Assembly: GCA_964016885.1 (NCBI GenBank)
Contig: OZ024744.1
Span: 29,388,001 to 29,452,000, forward strand
Reading direction: 5' to 3'
Length of the DNA stretch: 64,000 bases
From: Eledone cirrhosa
Taxonomy: Eukaryota
Part shown: in pieces, positions 22,905-37,736 of the stretch
How the letters are laid out: every line of letters begins with the position of its first letter
Numbering within the stretch: the first letter of the stretch is position 1
Notes under the pieces: generated by a model
The model's input: only the letters and a program-made list of their open reading frames with translations
Told to the model about the DNA's origin: nothing
The model's database searches: none
Made by a program: the position numbers and the translations under genes

Positions 22905-24187
22905 CGCCCACCACCACCAACAACAAAAACAACACCACCACCATTCCCACCACCATCACCACCACTATCACCACCACCACCACCACCACTATTACCACCA
23001 CCACCACCATCATCACCATCACCACCACTACGATCACCACCTCCACTAACCCCCCCCCATCAACACCACCACCACGAACACCACCCACACCACCACCACT
23101 ACCATCACCACCTCCACTACCATCACCACCACCAACAACAACACCACCATTATCACCAACACCATCACCACCACCACCACCACCACCACCCCCATCAACA
23201 CCACCAACAACACCACCACCACCAACACCACCCACCCCACCACCACTACCATCACCACCACCAACAACAACACCACCACCAACACCATCACCACCACCAC
23301 CATCAACACCACCATCAACACCACCACAACCACCACAACCAGCACCAGCACCACAACCACCATCACCTCCACCACCACCACCACCAACACCACAACAACC
23401 ACTACCATCACCACCTCCACTACCATCACCACCACCAACAACAACACCACCACCATCACCAACACCATCACCACCACCACCACCACCCTCATCAACACCA
23501 CCATCACCACCACCACCAGCATCAACACCACCACAACCACCACAACCACCAACAACACCACAACTACCCCCACCACCACCATCAACACCAACACCACCAC
23601 CACCACAACACCACCACCATCAACACCACCATCAGCACCTCCACAACCCCCACCACCACCACAACCACCACCACCACCATCATCATCACCACCACAACCA
23701 CGACAACGACCACCACAACCACCACTACACCACCACCATCAACACCACCATCAACGCCACCACAACAACCACCACCACCAAGATCACCACCACCACCACC
23801 ACCATGACCACCATCAACAACCACCACCACAACCACCACCACGACCACAACAACACCACCTCTACCGCTACCACCAACACCACCACCACCATCACCACCA
23901 CCTCCACCGCCACCACCACCACCTCCACCGCCACCACCACCACTACCTCCACCGCCACCACCAACACCACCACCACCGCCACCACCACCAAACCACCACA
24001 ACCACCACCAGCACAACTACCACCACCAGCAACACCGCCATCAACACCACCACAACCACCATCAACACCACCACAACCACCACAACCAGCACCAGCACCA
24101 CCACCAGCACCACCACCACCAGCACCACCACCAGCACCACCACCACCAGCACCACCACCACCACCACATCCACCACCATCAACACCA
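22905..24187 (+). repeat. Degenerate (CCA/CAA/CAT)n trinucleotide tract
   Basis: Low-complexity CAC-rich run with internal duplications. Confidence 0.95.
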
Positions 24188-24484
24188 CGTGTCACTGTTG
24201 TCAAAAAGATTTTTTTTTCTTTTTTATATTTCCTATGCTTCGTTTAACTATTTTTACTTCTTAAATCGCCCCCCCCCCCCCTCATACCCGAACACTCACA
24301 CGTGTATCCCCCCCCGCACATACTCGAACACTCACACGTGTATCCCCCCACCCCCCTTTCCACTCACACGTGTACTACCTCCTCCCTTCCCACATCCACA
24401 TTTTCCGGCGTTGGGTTCCCCTCCTTTTTTTCCAGCAACAGGTGGGCTGGATGAGAAGATGGTCAATGTGGCGCGGTTCGATTC

Positions 24485-24549
24485 AACACACACACACACA
24501 TACATATATATACGATTGACTATATGTGTTTGTATATATATATATATGC

Positions 24550-24588
<39 letters not shown>

Positions 24589-24683
24589 AACACATATTTG
24601 AATTTATATACATATGGTGTGTGTATATATATATACACACAAACACACTTATATGTATGTATATATATATGCTTCTATATATA

Positions 24684-24728
<45 letters not shown>

Positions 24729-24788
24729 CGCACACTTATTTGAATTTATATACATATGGTGTGTGTATATATATATACACACGAACAC

Positions 24789-24844
<56 letters not shown>

Positions 24845-25477
24845 ATGTGTGTATGTATGTACATATGTCAGGTCACCAGCTGGTGCTACTGGTAACATGT
24901 ATCCCAGTACAACCTGTTTCATGGTCGGGTCGTTGGCGACTAAACTGGCAACCCCACCAAGGTTTCTTGGTGAGGAGGGTGACTTTGGACATCCTGCAGG
25001 ACTAAAAACAAAACCTGTCAAAGGGCAAAGGAGCTCTTAAGAGTCAATGGCCATCCAAAATCACCGGGAGAGATGACCTCTTAGCCTTTGTCAAGGCAGA
25101 ATTCTAGGAGAAGGAAAACTCTGATATAACACCTGCAACTCTGATGGTATCCAGTGATGTTGACTTGTTCTTCTTTTTGGTAAATATCATCTTGGTTAAG
25201 AGAGTGGGACTGGCTTTGTGCAGTGCCTTTGCTCACTATAAAAGCTTCATGGCACAGGCATTGCTTTATATCTGGAGATCTCTCTGCACTTGTCATCACA
25301 TGGTACCATGGGCCTAGCACTATGTGTCAATAATTGTCACAAGTGTAGTGTTTGTACCAGAGTTTTCAAGTCGCTGGCTGGACTAAAAAGTCACATTCGT
25401 TCAGCGCATCGGTAGGAGTTCTCCTACATGGATATAAAGTAGTGGCCGTACTCGAAAACGAGTTGGCAGCCACCATA

Positions 25478-25513
<36 letters not shown>

Positions 25514-26058
25514 TTATTTGAATTTATATACATATGGTGTGTGTATATATATATACACACGAACACACTTATATGTATATATATATATGTGTGTGTTTGT
25601 GTGTGGGTGTGTGTATATATGTATGTAAATATGTATGTATGTATATGTGTATGTATATCATACACACATATATACATATGTATAGATTTATAAAAAGGTG
25701 GGTGGAGTCGTTACCGTTGTTAATTCTTCTGATGGTTACATATATTATACGGGCGAGTTTCAGTCCAGTTTCTCATACAGCACCCCTACCCCCTCCCCCA
25801 CACACACACAAATGTTCTTAGAGATATATACATATTCATATATGCATATATATGAATATATATTCATGGAGTGTATATATGTGTGTATATATATATATAT
25901 ACATACCAGATTGGTCGTCATGTATTATTAAGGCATTTTCCTTTCACACTTACATCTGTTTACCATAAAACACCTGTGGCATGTTCCCAGACATGTGTAT
26001 ATATATATATATGTATGTGTGTGTGTACATATATATATATATGTATGTGTGTGTGTAC

Positions 26059-26093
<35 letters not shown>

Positions 26094-26240
26094 CGTGCGT
26101 GTGTGTGTGTATGTAAATATGTATATGTGTATATTTGTGTGTATGATATACATACACATATACATACATACATATTTACATACATTCATACACACACACA
26201 AACACACACACACATATATATACATACATATGCCTATTTA
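24485..26240. repeat. Composite (TA)n/(CA)n/(TATG)n region with duplicated blocks
   Basis: The block ATTTGAATTTATATACATATGGTGTG recurs at ~24596, ~24738 and ~25516; 25590-25680 recurs inverted at ~26120-26230. Confidence 0.85.
24868..25145 (+). mobile_element. Possible RTE-clade LINE 5' UTR fragment
   Basis: GC-richer, hairpin-rich island containing CTAGGAGAAGGAAAACTCTGAT, a motif I recall from RTE leaders; no ORF to confirm. Confidence 0.4.
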
Positions 26241-27229
26241 TGAATATGCACGGATTTCGATGGTTTTGTTCGTTTTGTACCTTATGTTTATATTTCGAGG
26301 GAAATTATCTGCCAGATGTTGGTGATATAAAGAATTCATGCGAATACCTACTTCTCGTTCAACGATAAAAGCAAATTTTTGTTAAAAATGTTGAGTACTT
26401 GGTTACTAACATGATAGGTTTTCCATCACAACTGGCGACTGCTGTCCCAAACCGTGGTGCTGGTAGTGCCCATACGAAATAACCCGTTTCTTCCTGTTCG
26501 ACTGAGAGGTATCTCTAATTTTGGATGCTACATGTTGCAACATGTTCTTCATCTCCATCTCCATCACTTCGGGCACAAAACTGGGTACTGCCACTTGTAA
26601 CACGGAGGAGAGGAAGACACTGGGAGGAATACTGGGACTTGACCGACTGCTTCTTTTTTCTGATACTCACCATCAATACCTCTAGTGTTCTCAGTCCTTG
26701 AACTGCCATTTTCCCCTGTAAAATTGAAAGGAGTGTACATCACCTGTTAGGTGGAGTGGCTGATGGAGTGAGTGTCACTGGCTCTTCTATGCACAATGCT
26801 TTCTGTGTCCCACTGTCCCTTCTCCCTTAATTTCAGTATTTAATTTGTTATTCTTTTTCTATAACTGAAATTTGTTGAATAAAATTTAACAATTAAAAAT
26901 TTACAAGAATTCACACTAAAGTTTATTGGTTTAAATAATTAAAAAACAGTTATTTTTCTTTTAGTTTCAAAATTTTATTATTCTTCTTATTTTATTTTCC
27001 CTCCGTGAGATAAAACTTTGTAGAAGACCAGCTACACCTACAGAGGCGTGAGCTGCAACACCAATATATAGAATGTTGATAATACTGGGGTCTCTGTCAT
27101 TAAAACACCCAGGAAACCTTCTATGAGATACAAACTTGTAGGGGACCAGTTAAACCTATATAGGTGTGAACTGTAAGTTTTCATTAATCAGGTCTGACAT
27201 AGATCTAAAAAAAATATGAACATCAACTA

Positions 27230-28200
27230 TAGTGGCCTTGGCCTCCGGTCCCCGATCTCGCTGGCTTTGCCGGCGTTTCTTTCGTCGGTAACCTCATGCC
27301 ACGAACTTGTCAGCAGGTTTCTCCAAAACACAATGGAACTCTCTGTGATTGGGGAACGTGAGGCCGCCTGTGAGACGTGGGACCGGCTGGGACTTAGCCC
27401 AGTAGACGTCCCTCTTCTTTCTCCTCCTGCTGAAGTGCCCCCAGTGCATTTGGAATGCCTTCCAGTGCAGCCTGGCACTCAAACAGGTTCACGCACCAGC
27501 TCGACCAGCACCGCCTTGCTTGTATTCGTGCGGCCTCCAAATCCTACAGTGGTGCCTGGTTCCATGCCTTTCCCTCCTTCTCCACTGGCACGCACCTGGA
27601 TAACGATAGCCTGCGCATCGGCGTTTCCTTGAGGCTTCGACTCCGGATCTGCGAGCCACATAAATGTCGCTGTGGATCCACGGTGAACTCTTTCGGCCTC
27701 CACCCGTTTTCCTGTCGCCACAGTGCCGGCCGCCTTCCACGCCATGCTGCCATCAACAAGGTCATAAAATATGGCTTCGACACTGCAGGCTTCCCCTCCC
27801 AGCTCGAGCCGGTGGGGCTGGACCGAGGGGATGGCAAAAGGTCAGATGGTATGACCATCTTCTCTTGCGTGTGATGCCACTTGCAGCAACACTTTCTCCA
27901 GCCGCAACCTGGTGCAGTCTGCGACTAACCCAGGTACTGCTGCACGTTGGGCTGAGGAGGCCAAACTCTCCAAGTACCGGTCGCTCTCCGACAGGTTCGT
28001 GATGTGCCCTTGGCAGTGGAGACTTCTGGTGTCCTTGGCCCTAGGGCTACTCCCTACTCACCACCATAGGCGCTGAGCTGACCAGCCGCATGTGTGAGCC
28101 TCGCGAGTTGGAATGGCTCTTCCAGCGCATCTCCCTTACCATCCTCCGGGGAAACGCCTTCTCCCTTCTGTCCGCCGGGGCTGTGGGGAGGCCCCAGCAC
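27230..28200 (+). mobile_element. CRE-clade RLE non-LTR retrotransposon, 3' fragment, decayed
   Basis: SGLGLRS..LALPAFLSS, SGAWFHAFP, CRCG..GLHPFSC, RH..IN, LEPVGLDRGDGKRSDG, AEEAKLSKY, AVETSGVLG, LFQRISLTILRGNA. Confidence 0.85.
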
Positions 28201-28360
28201 ATGGGACACCATTTGTTCACCATACAGAGATATGGAGGCGATGAAAGTAGGAGTTCGGACCAAATCGGTGTGGTTGTGTCCATTAAGCAGTTAATGAGTC
28301 TGTTTATATATAGACTCAATAGTGTACATTATGTTATTCAAAGGAACTTTAATCTTTCCT

Positions 28361-28582
28361 AATAACACCAATAACAACTCTAACAACAATAACAACACTA
28401 ACACACAACAATAACCACAACAGCAACATCAACAACAGCAACAGTAACCATAACAAGCATCATCATCAAAAATAACAACCACAACAACAACAACAACAAC
28501 ATCACCATCACCATCATCAACAACAGCAACAACACCAACAACATCAACAACAACCACAACATCAACAACAACAACAATAACA
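28361..28582 (+). repeat. Degenerate (CAA)n tract
   Basis: Low-complexity trinucleotide run. Confidence 0.9.
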
Positions 28583-28789
28583 AACTATCCACCTGGAGTC
28601 GAACTCAAGCCAGCTTAGTGTCACCATATGTGTCAAGCTAGTTAAACATATTTAAACCCACCTTAACACACCTTCCTTCCCTCTATCTCAATTGGGGGTC
28701 ATGGAAATCCTTCAAAAACTTTATTTTTTTCTCAATGTTTGTCTAATACCATTCAATAATAGTGTGTGGGGTCGATTTGTATAAATCTT

Positions 28790-29461
28790 AACACCACTAA
28801 CACGTCCATACCACTACCACCACCACTACCACGACAACCACCACCACCACCACAACAACCAACACCACCACCTCCACTACCACCAACACCACCACAACCA
28901 CTATCACCACCACCACCACCACACAACCACCACCACCATCACCACCGCACAACCACTATCATCACCACCACCACCACCATCACCACCACCAACACAACTC
29001 TCACAACCGCCAACACCACCATCACCACCACCACAACTAACACAACTCTCACAACCGCCAACACCACCACCACTACCACCACCACCTCCAACAACAACAA
29101 GAACAACAACACCACTACTGCAACCACTACCACCACTACACCACCACTATCACCACCACCACAACTACCACCACCACCACAACTACCACCAACACCACTA
29201 CCACCACAAACCATCACCACCACCACCAACGCCACCACCACCAACACCACCACCATCACCAACAACAACAACAACAACACCACCATCACCACCACCACCA
29301 CCAACAGAACTATCAACACCAACAACACTACTGCAACCAACCACCACTACACCACAACTATCACCACCAAAGCCACTGTCACCACCACCACCACCACCGC
29401 TATCACCACCAACACCACAATCACCACCACCAACAACACCAACACCACTATCACCACCACC
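28790..29461 (+). repeat. Degenerate (CCA)n tract, left part (split by the hAT element)
   Basis: Low-complexity run ending in the TSD CCACCACC. Confidence 0.95.
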
Positions 29462-32400
29462 TAGTGGTGGATTAACAATATAAGCTTAGTAAACACCTGC
29501 TTAGGGCATCAAAGGAAGAAGGAAGAATGGGCACCTGAACAATTTTTTATATGATGAATTTACAGTTTAAATTATTAAATTAATTAATTTTATATGAATT
29601 TTCAAAATGAAATAAGAAATGAATAAATTCGGTATGAACATAATTGTTCATTCCAGTTTATTTGTTAAATCTCAGTTTTTCATACGTTTATCTTTAGAAA
29701 TGTTTCTGAAACTCCAATGTATTCTGGTTCAATTTTAAAAAGTCTACATGCTTGTTGAAATGTTTTTTAAGGTTTATGAATATAGCCACCAGCTGAAAGT
29801 GTTTTGATACTCCCAATCCCAACTAACCAAGGTTTCTGCTTCTGTTTATTAACAATTCTGTTCATTGGGGTTTTTTAGTTTTTTTACAAATTTTTTTTTG
29901 AACTTGAACCTTTTAATATTGTAGACTCTATATCAAAAATAATTGTCATTTGTGTTCTAGATTATCTGCTATATAGTATAACTTTTTTATTTCTACATAA
30001 TTTTTTTTATTTTTTATTTTTTATTTTTTATTTTTTATTTTTTATTTTTTATTTTTTATCTGAACAAACTCAAGCTTTAATTTTATAACTGTATTTGCTG
30101 ATTCTTTATTTGGGTTCACACCATCCTTCATCAGATCTAATTTACAGATCCCCCCAAAATCTAACCATTCAAATCTAATTAACAGATCTCCAAAACCAAG
30201 ATTAAACGCATTCAGTTAAGTGGGGCACAAAAACGAAAACTTTCAAACAAGAAACAAGAAAAAGCTTCGGAATTAGATCGCAAGACAGCAAAGGTGACTA
30301 ATTTTTTCTCACAAGTTCCACAACATGATTTACAGATTCCAGGTCAAAACCGATATACGTTATCAGAAGTAAACATGAATAGGGCAAATACAACTTTGAT
30401 TACTTCAGAATCAAAATATGATGACATTAGGAGTACTGAGATGTCGCAAGCATGTTCATCCAGCACATGTCTCACAACTGATCTTACTTTGCCTGTGAAT
30501 TCTCTTTCTTCGAATACCTCTACTGCAAATGATGATAGGGCTCAAATAATTGCTGAAAATAGAAGTTTAGAGCACTGTGACAATGGCGGTGAAATTAATT
30601 TGCCTGTAAAAAATGAAGAAAATTACAATTTAGCGAACGATTCAGGAATATGGCTTGATTTCTCTGCTAATGATATAGCTTATTGGATTACTTGTGAACC
30701 CAGTATTTGTCAACACCACAACGGGCCATTTGAAAAGTCTTGCCGTCATTTTAGTAGTGGCAAACCAGTAAGGTATTGCTCACAGAAACTTTTTATTGGG
30801 ACAAAAGCCAATGGTGAAAAATACAAGAGAGAGTGGTTACTCTATTCACCATCAAGAGGATCAGTTTATTGTTTTGGTTGTAAACTGTTTGTTCGTGAAA
30901 AAAATTCAATTTTTGTTTCAAGAGAAGGGTTCAGTGATTGGCGCAATACTATTGTAATTGAAAAGCACGAGAAAAGCATTATTCACCGAGGCTCTTTGCT
31001 GGCATATTTAACTCGCAGGCAAGGTGCGGGGTTAAAGTCAGATTTGGAGAAACAAATTCATGAAGAGTGCAATTACTGGGAACACGTTTTGAGGCGTGTC
31101 GTAGTTGTTATTTGTACGTTAGCTGAACGTTGCTTGCCTTTTCGAGGAAGTGAAGAGAAGTTTGGGTCGTTGCAAAATGGGAATTTTTTAGGGCTGCTTG
31201 AACTCATAAGCCAGTTTGATCAATTTTTAGCAGGCCACATTTCTAAATATGGAAATTCTGGAAAAGGAAATCCTTCTTACATGTCAAAAAGCACTATAGA
31301 GGAAATTATTCAACTAATGGCACAAAAGGTCCGTGAGCTCATTATTAACGAAGTTAAATCTTCTGGTTATTTTAGTTTGTCCGTTAATTCAACACCAGAT
31401 TTATCACATAGCGATCAATTGAGTGTTGTACTTACAAGATGGACAGCCTATTGAACGATTTTTAACCTTCATCATAATAGAAAACCATACTGGCGAGAAT
31501 ATAGCGAACCAGGTGCTGCTGCATTTACGTGAAGCTTGTGGGTTAAATGTTTCAAAATGTAGGGGTCAGACTTATGACAATGCTGCTAACATGTCTGGGC
31601 GTTATAAGGGGATGCAGCAAACATTTTAGAAACAAGCAAGTTTGCTATATATGTGCCGCTGTTTCATTAAATATATGCAGCTCATTCATTAAATCATGTT
31701 GGCCGGAGTGCTGTTGACTGCTGTCAAGTGGCTGTTAATTTTTTTCTCTACAGTATAGCTATTCTATAATTTTTTTTCCGCTTCCACTAACCGTTGGAAT
31801 ATTCTCAAAGATTGTATTAAGAATGAATGTGTCTTGAAATCCCTCTCTGATACAAAATGGGAAGCACATGCTATGGCAACAGCAGCAATCTTGAAATCCT
31901 TCCCTGAGATTTCCGAGGCATTAGAATATATAGCCGAAGATCAATCACGAAAGGGAGACGCTAGAAGAGAGACAAATAATATTGTTGATAAGATGCAAGA
32001 GCTAGAATTCGTTTTTATGTTGATTTTTTTTAAATGAGATTTTGCAGAATTTTCACTGAGTAAGCAAAGTTCTACAAAATGAGGATGCGAACTTAAAGAC
32101 ATGTGCAGATCTCTATGTATCATTAGCTGACCAACTGAACACCACACGAGATGAATTTGAAAGATATGAAAAAGAGGCCAAGGAAATTCTTCCAGATGTT
32201 GTTTACAGGACAACTGCAACTCGCAAACGTATTAGAAAAAAAGTACCCAATGACGGAGATACAGCAGAAGTTTATTTAGATGCCAGAGATAAGTTTCGGA
32301 TCACCACATTTTACACAATTGTTGACAAACTTGCAGCTGAGATGGAAAGAAGAGGGGAGATATACAAAGAAATGGCAGAGAAATGTTCTTTTCTTAGTGA

Positions 32401-33034
32401 TGTGCCAAATATAGGCACTCCATCAGCTACTAATATCGAAATGTATTCTAAGTACTACCAAAAGTTGATCGATGCTTATGCAGAGGACTTCAATAGTAAT
32501 TTCTCAGCTGAGCTTCAGCAGTTTCATTTATATGTGTGAAATAAGATGAGTAGAAAAGAAAATGTAAAAACAAGATTTAATCATGCTGAACTTTATAACA
32601 TTATTGTAAAAGACAATATTGAGTGTGCCTTTTCAAATGTAGACATAGCCTTTCGTATATTTTTAACATTAATGGTTACTAACTGCTCAGCAGAGCGTTA
32701 ATTTTCACGGTTGAAATATATTAAAAATCCCTTCAGAACAACCATGCAACAGTACAGGCTGGATACTTTATCCCTATTGTGTATAGAAGCAGATGTGTTA
32801 CGCAAGATTGGTTACGAGGATCTGATCAAAGACTTTGAAAGAAAAAAAAGCATGAAAAAATTATTCAATAAATAAAATTATTTTCTCTCTTTCTGTATGT
32901 TTTGCTTTATTTTGAAATTACAATAAATAAAACTTTAATTTACCATATATTATTGTTTGTTTTGATCTACAAATGTATGGGGGCACCACAATGCTTTAGT
33001 GCTTAGGGCCTCTAAGGGTTTTAATCCGGCCCTG
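29462..33034 (+). mobile_element. Full-length hAT DNA transposon (ZMYM1-like transposase group), decayed
   Basis: Imperfect TIRs TAGTGGTGGATTAA / TTAATCCGGCCCTG; 8-bp TSD CCACCACC (29454-29461 and 33035-33042); subterminal GCTTAGGGC at both ends; transposase inside. Confidence 0.92.
30200..32875 (+). pseudogene. hAT transposase (TTF-type zinc finger, DUF4371-like region, C-terminal dimerisation domain)
   Basis: SGAQKRK, REWLLYS..SVYCFGCKLF..GFSDW..HEKS..H, LPFRG..NGNFLGLLELI, NSTPDLSH.DQL, RGQTYDNAANMSG, LSDTKW, FLTLMVTNCSAER*FSRLK; several stops and frameshifts. Confidence 0.92.
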
Positions 33035-36000
33035 CCACCACCACTACCACTACCACCACTATCACCAACAAAATCACCACCAACAACACCACTATCACTA
33101 CCATCACCACAACCATCACCACCAACACCACCAACACCACTATCACCACCACCACCACCAGCAAAACCATCAAAACGGCTATCACCACTAACACCACCAC
33201 GACCATCACCACCACCACCACAACCACCACCACCACCACTACCATCACCACCACCAACACCACTATCACCAACACCACCATCAACACCACTATCACCAAC
33301 ACCACCATCAACACAACCACCACCAACACCACTATCACCATCTCCACAACCACCACCACCAATACAACCACCAACACCACCAACACCACCATCAACACCA
33401 CTATCACCAACACCACCATCAACACAACCACCAACACCACTATCACAACCACGAACACTACCACCATCATCACCACCACCACCAACACCAACACCACTAT
33501 CACCACCAACACCACCACCACCATCACCACCATCAACACCACTATCACCAACACCACTATCAATAGCACCACCACCACCATCATCAACACCACCAACGAC
33601 ACTACTATCACCACCAACACCACCACCACTATCGCCACCACCACCACCACCACCACCACCAACACCACCACCATGATCACCACCAACACCACTATCACCA
33701 CCACCACAACCACCAACACCAACACCCACACCACTATCACCACCACCACCACCAACACCGACAATACTATCACCACCGCAACCAGCACCACCAAAACCAC
33801 CTACACGACTATCACCACCACCACCACCACCACCACTATCACCACCACCACCAATACCACCAACAACACCACCACCATCACCAACACCACTATCAGCACC
33901 ACCATAACCACCACCACCACCGACAACACTATCACCACCACCAACACTACCACCACCACCACCACTACAAACACCACAAACACGACCAACACCACTATCA
34001 CCACCACCACCGACACCACCAACAACACCACTATCATCACCACCACCACCACCAGCACCACGAACAACACAACTATTACCACCACCACAACCACCACTAC
34101 CCCCACCATCACCACCACTATCATCACCACCACCAACCCTATCATCACCAAGACTATCACCGCCGCCACCAGCACTACCACCAAACCATCACTATCACCA
34201 CCACCATTACCACCACCACAACTAACACAACCACCACCACCACCACTAACACCCCCACCCCCACCAGTAGCATCACTATCACCACCACCACCACCACCAG
34301 CACCAGCACCACCACCACCACCAGCAGCACCAGCACAACCTCCATCACCACCACCAACATCACCACCAACATCATTGTCACCACTACCTCCATCATAATC
34401 ACTATCACCTCCACCATCACCATCACCACCAACACCACCACAACCACGACCACCACCAACATCACCACCAACACCACTATCATCACCACCACCAACACCA
34501 CTATCACCACCACCATCCCCACCACCACCACCAGTACCAACAGCACTATCACCTCCACCACCACAACTACCACCACCTCTACCACCACAAACCATCACGA
34601 CCACCACCAACAACACTATCACAACCAACACCATCACCATCACCACCACTACAACAACCAATATCACCACCATCACCACCACCACCACAACAAAAACAAC
34701 AACCAATATCACCACCACCACCAACACCATCACCACCAAGACCAATATCACCACCACTACCATCACTATCACCACCACCACCACCAACATTACCAACAAC
34801 ACCAATATCACCAACACTACTACGACCACCACCACAACCACCACCACCAACACCACCAACACCACTATCACCACCACCGCCACCAGCACAACCACCAACA
34901 CGACTATCACCACTAACACCACCACGACCCTCACCACCACCGACACCATTATCACCACCAACACCACCAACACCGCCACCATCAACACCACCACCAACAC
35001 CACTATCACCATCACCACAACCACCACCACCAACACCACCACCAACACCACCAACACCACCACCACCACTATCACCATCACAACCACCACCACCACCAAC
35101 ACCACCAACACCACTATCTCCACCAACACCACCACCCGCCACCACTATCACCACCACCACCAACACCACCAACACCACTATCACCACCAACATTACCACC
35201 AACACCACCACCATCACCACCACCAACACCACTATCACAACCAACACAACCAACACCAACACTAACACCACTATCACCAACACCGACACCAACACCGACA
35301 CCAACACCGACAACACTATCACCACCACAACCAGCACCACCAAAACCACCAACACGACTATCACCACCACCACTATCACCACCACTACCAACACCACTAA
35401 CACCACTATCATCACCAACACCACCACCATCACCACCACCGACAACACTATCACCACCACCACCATCACCACCAGCAACACCACCATCAACACCACTATC
35501 ACCACCACCACCAAAACTACCACCATCATCAACACCAACACCACAACCACCACTAACACCACCACCAACAACAACTACCATCACCACTGTCACCACCACC
35601 ACCACAACCACCACCACCACCACCAACAACATCACTATCACCACCACCACCACCACCACCACCACCAACACCACCGCCACCATCAACACCACCATCACCA
35701 CCACAACCACCACCACCACCTCCACCGCCACCACCACCATCACCTCCACCACCAATACCACCATCACCGCCACCAAACCACCACAACCACCACCAGCACA
35801 ACTACCACCACCAGCAACACCACCATCAACACCACTATCACCATCACCACCACCACCAACACCACCACCACCACCACCACAACCACCACCACCACCAACA
35901 CCAACAACACCACTATCACCACCACCACCAACACCACCAACAGCACCACGAACAACACAACTATCACCACCACCACCCCCTACCATCACCACCACTATCA

Positions 36001-36280
36001 CCATCACCACCATCACTACTAACACCACCACTATCACCACCACCACCACCACTGCCACCACCACCACCACTATCACCACGACCTCCACCACTACCACAAT
36101 CACCACCACCACTATCAGCACCACCACCACCACTGCCACCGCCACCACCACCATTATCACCACGACCTCCACCACTACCACCACCACCACCACCACTATC
36201 AGCACCACCACCACCACTGCCACCACCACCACCACTATCACCACGACCTCCACCACTACCACCACCACCACTACCACTAC
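33035..36280 (+). repeat. Degenerate (CCA)n tract, right part (~3.2 kb)
   Basis: CCA runs punctuated by CTATCA; the Pro/Thr/Val ORFs here are artefacts of the repeat. Confidence 0.95.
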
Positions 36281-36655
36281 TTCTTCTCCCACTTATTCCT
36301 GAGAGGGTGAGGGGACAGAGCCCTTAAACACTGCTTGCAGCGGATCCTGTCAGAAGCAACTGTCTCTAACTAATCTTGTTGGATACCCAAGCGTGACCAG
36401 CCAAGCTCATGGATGTTATCCAACCATCTTGCTCAGAATCTACCTCTGGGTCTCCTGCCAGTTGGTTTTGCCTGTAAAATATCCAGCAATTCTTTACTGA
36501 GACATTCTAACCACATGTCCACAGTATCAGAGCTGTGATCTCTCAATTCAGAGAAGTAGCGGCTCTACCTGGAGTAACTCTCTGATCTCAGAGCTATGCA
36601 CTTTATCGAGTAACGTTACTCCAAAGACCTTTCGGAGGAACCACATTTTAGCCGT
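36281..36655 (-). mobile_element. RTE-clade (Expander/Rex3-like) LINE, 3' fragment
   Basis: Minus strand reads MWFLRKVFGVTLLDKVHSSEIRELLQVEPLLL*IERSQL*YCGHVVRM...PTGRRPRGR..RWLDNI...RLGI. Confidence 0.85.
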
Positions 36656-36683
36656 TTGTATTCCCAACAGTATTCTTTCGGTC

Positions 36684-36769
36684 ATTTTATCGACCACGAA
36701 ATGATAAAAGTAGAGTTGACGTCGCAAAGCATTCGATCCAGCCTTCTAAAGACGCTGCCAATTCGCCGC
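36684..36769 (-). mobile_element. Degenerate, internally deleted SINE copy
   Basis: TTTTATCGAC..AAAG..AGTT and CTGCCAAT.C.CCGC match the reverse complement of 13155-13290. Confidence 0.55.
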
Positions 36770-37454
36770 TTTTGTGGAAAAAATAGAATTGGTTTTTTTT
36801 TTAAAATAATTATCTCGGGACGCCCTCTTTTAGGTTCGGAAAAAACTAAATACATAAAATGGAAAAAAAACACCTAATTGGTGAAATATGTCTTTAGTTT
36901 ATAACTGGTGCTTTGAGTTCACGTTCAGCTCTCTGAGTTCAAACTCCACTGATATCCAGCTTTCAATCTCCACTGATGCCATCCTTTCGAGGTTGATCAA
37001 ATGTACCAGTCTAATACTGGGGTACGTTCTTCCACTATATCTCTTTCTCATTTCCTCACTCTCACTCTCCTTCCCTTGAAGAAATCGGATGTGGTCAAAC
37101 CAGGAGAGGGGATAGACTTCGTTGTTTAGAAAATGTCTGAAACATTTCGTCATGACCATCATGACTAATTCCTTGAGACCATGTGGAAGATGGTGGTTGA
37201 CTGGTGTTGAAGAAGGATAAGGACGTAGATCCCATAGCATCATGTGCTTAGGTAAAGGCATTGTTATACGGCGTATCTAGGGCACATTTAAAACTAGCGG
37301 AGCCCAACCCTCTCCTCGTCTGAACACAGCCTAACTTTGCTATAGAGGAAGAATCAACCTCAATACTGGACTGGTACTTAGACTGGTACAATGAGGTGGG
37401 ACGAATACCGTAGAGCAATTCTATCCGAAGTCTTAACGACTGTCAAACATTTTA

Positions 37455-37662
37455 AAATGTCTTTACTACATACAGACTGTGAGTAGTACAACAAAGAGAC
37501 ACTAAGTAAAGTGTGCCTATCTCACCATCCCATAAAATGGGTTTATATTCTCCACTATCAAATATCAAACATTTCACGCACGTGGCATTTGGTGTCAGGT
37601 TTTCACCAGCAGTGGTCATTGAGGTTAACCGGAGCTCCGTGTGGTGTATGTTTAGCTAAGCA

Positions 37663-37736
<74 letters not shown>

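Noticed and set aside
24285-24376. Three short repeats containing CACGTG as a promoter
   Set aside because: A local tandem duplication with no linked gene or other promoter evidence.
22823-36292. Long Pro/Thr-rich and Val/Gly-rich ORFs resembling mucins or extensins
   Set aside because: These are translations of degenerate (CCA)n tracts that are open in several frames on both strands.
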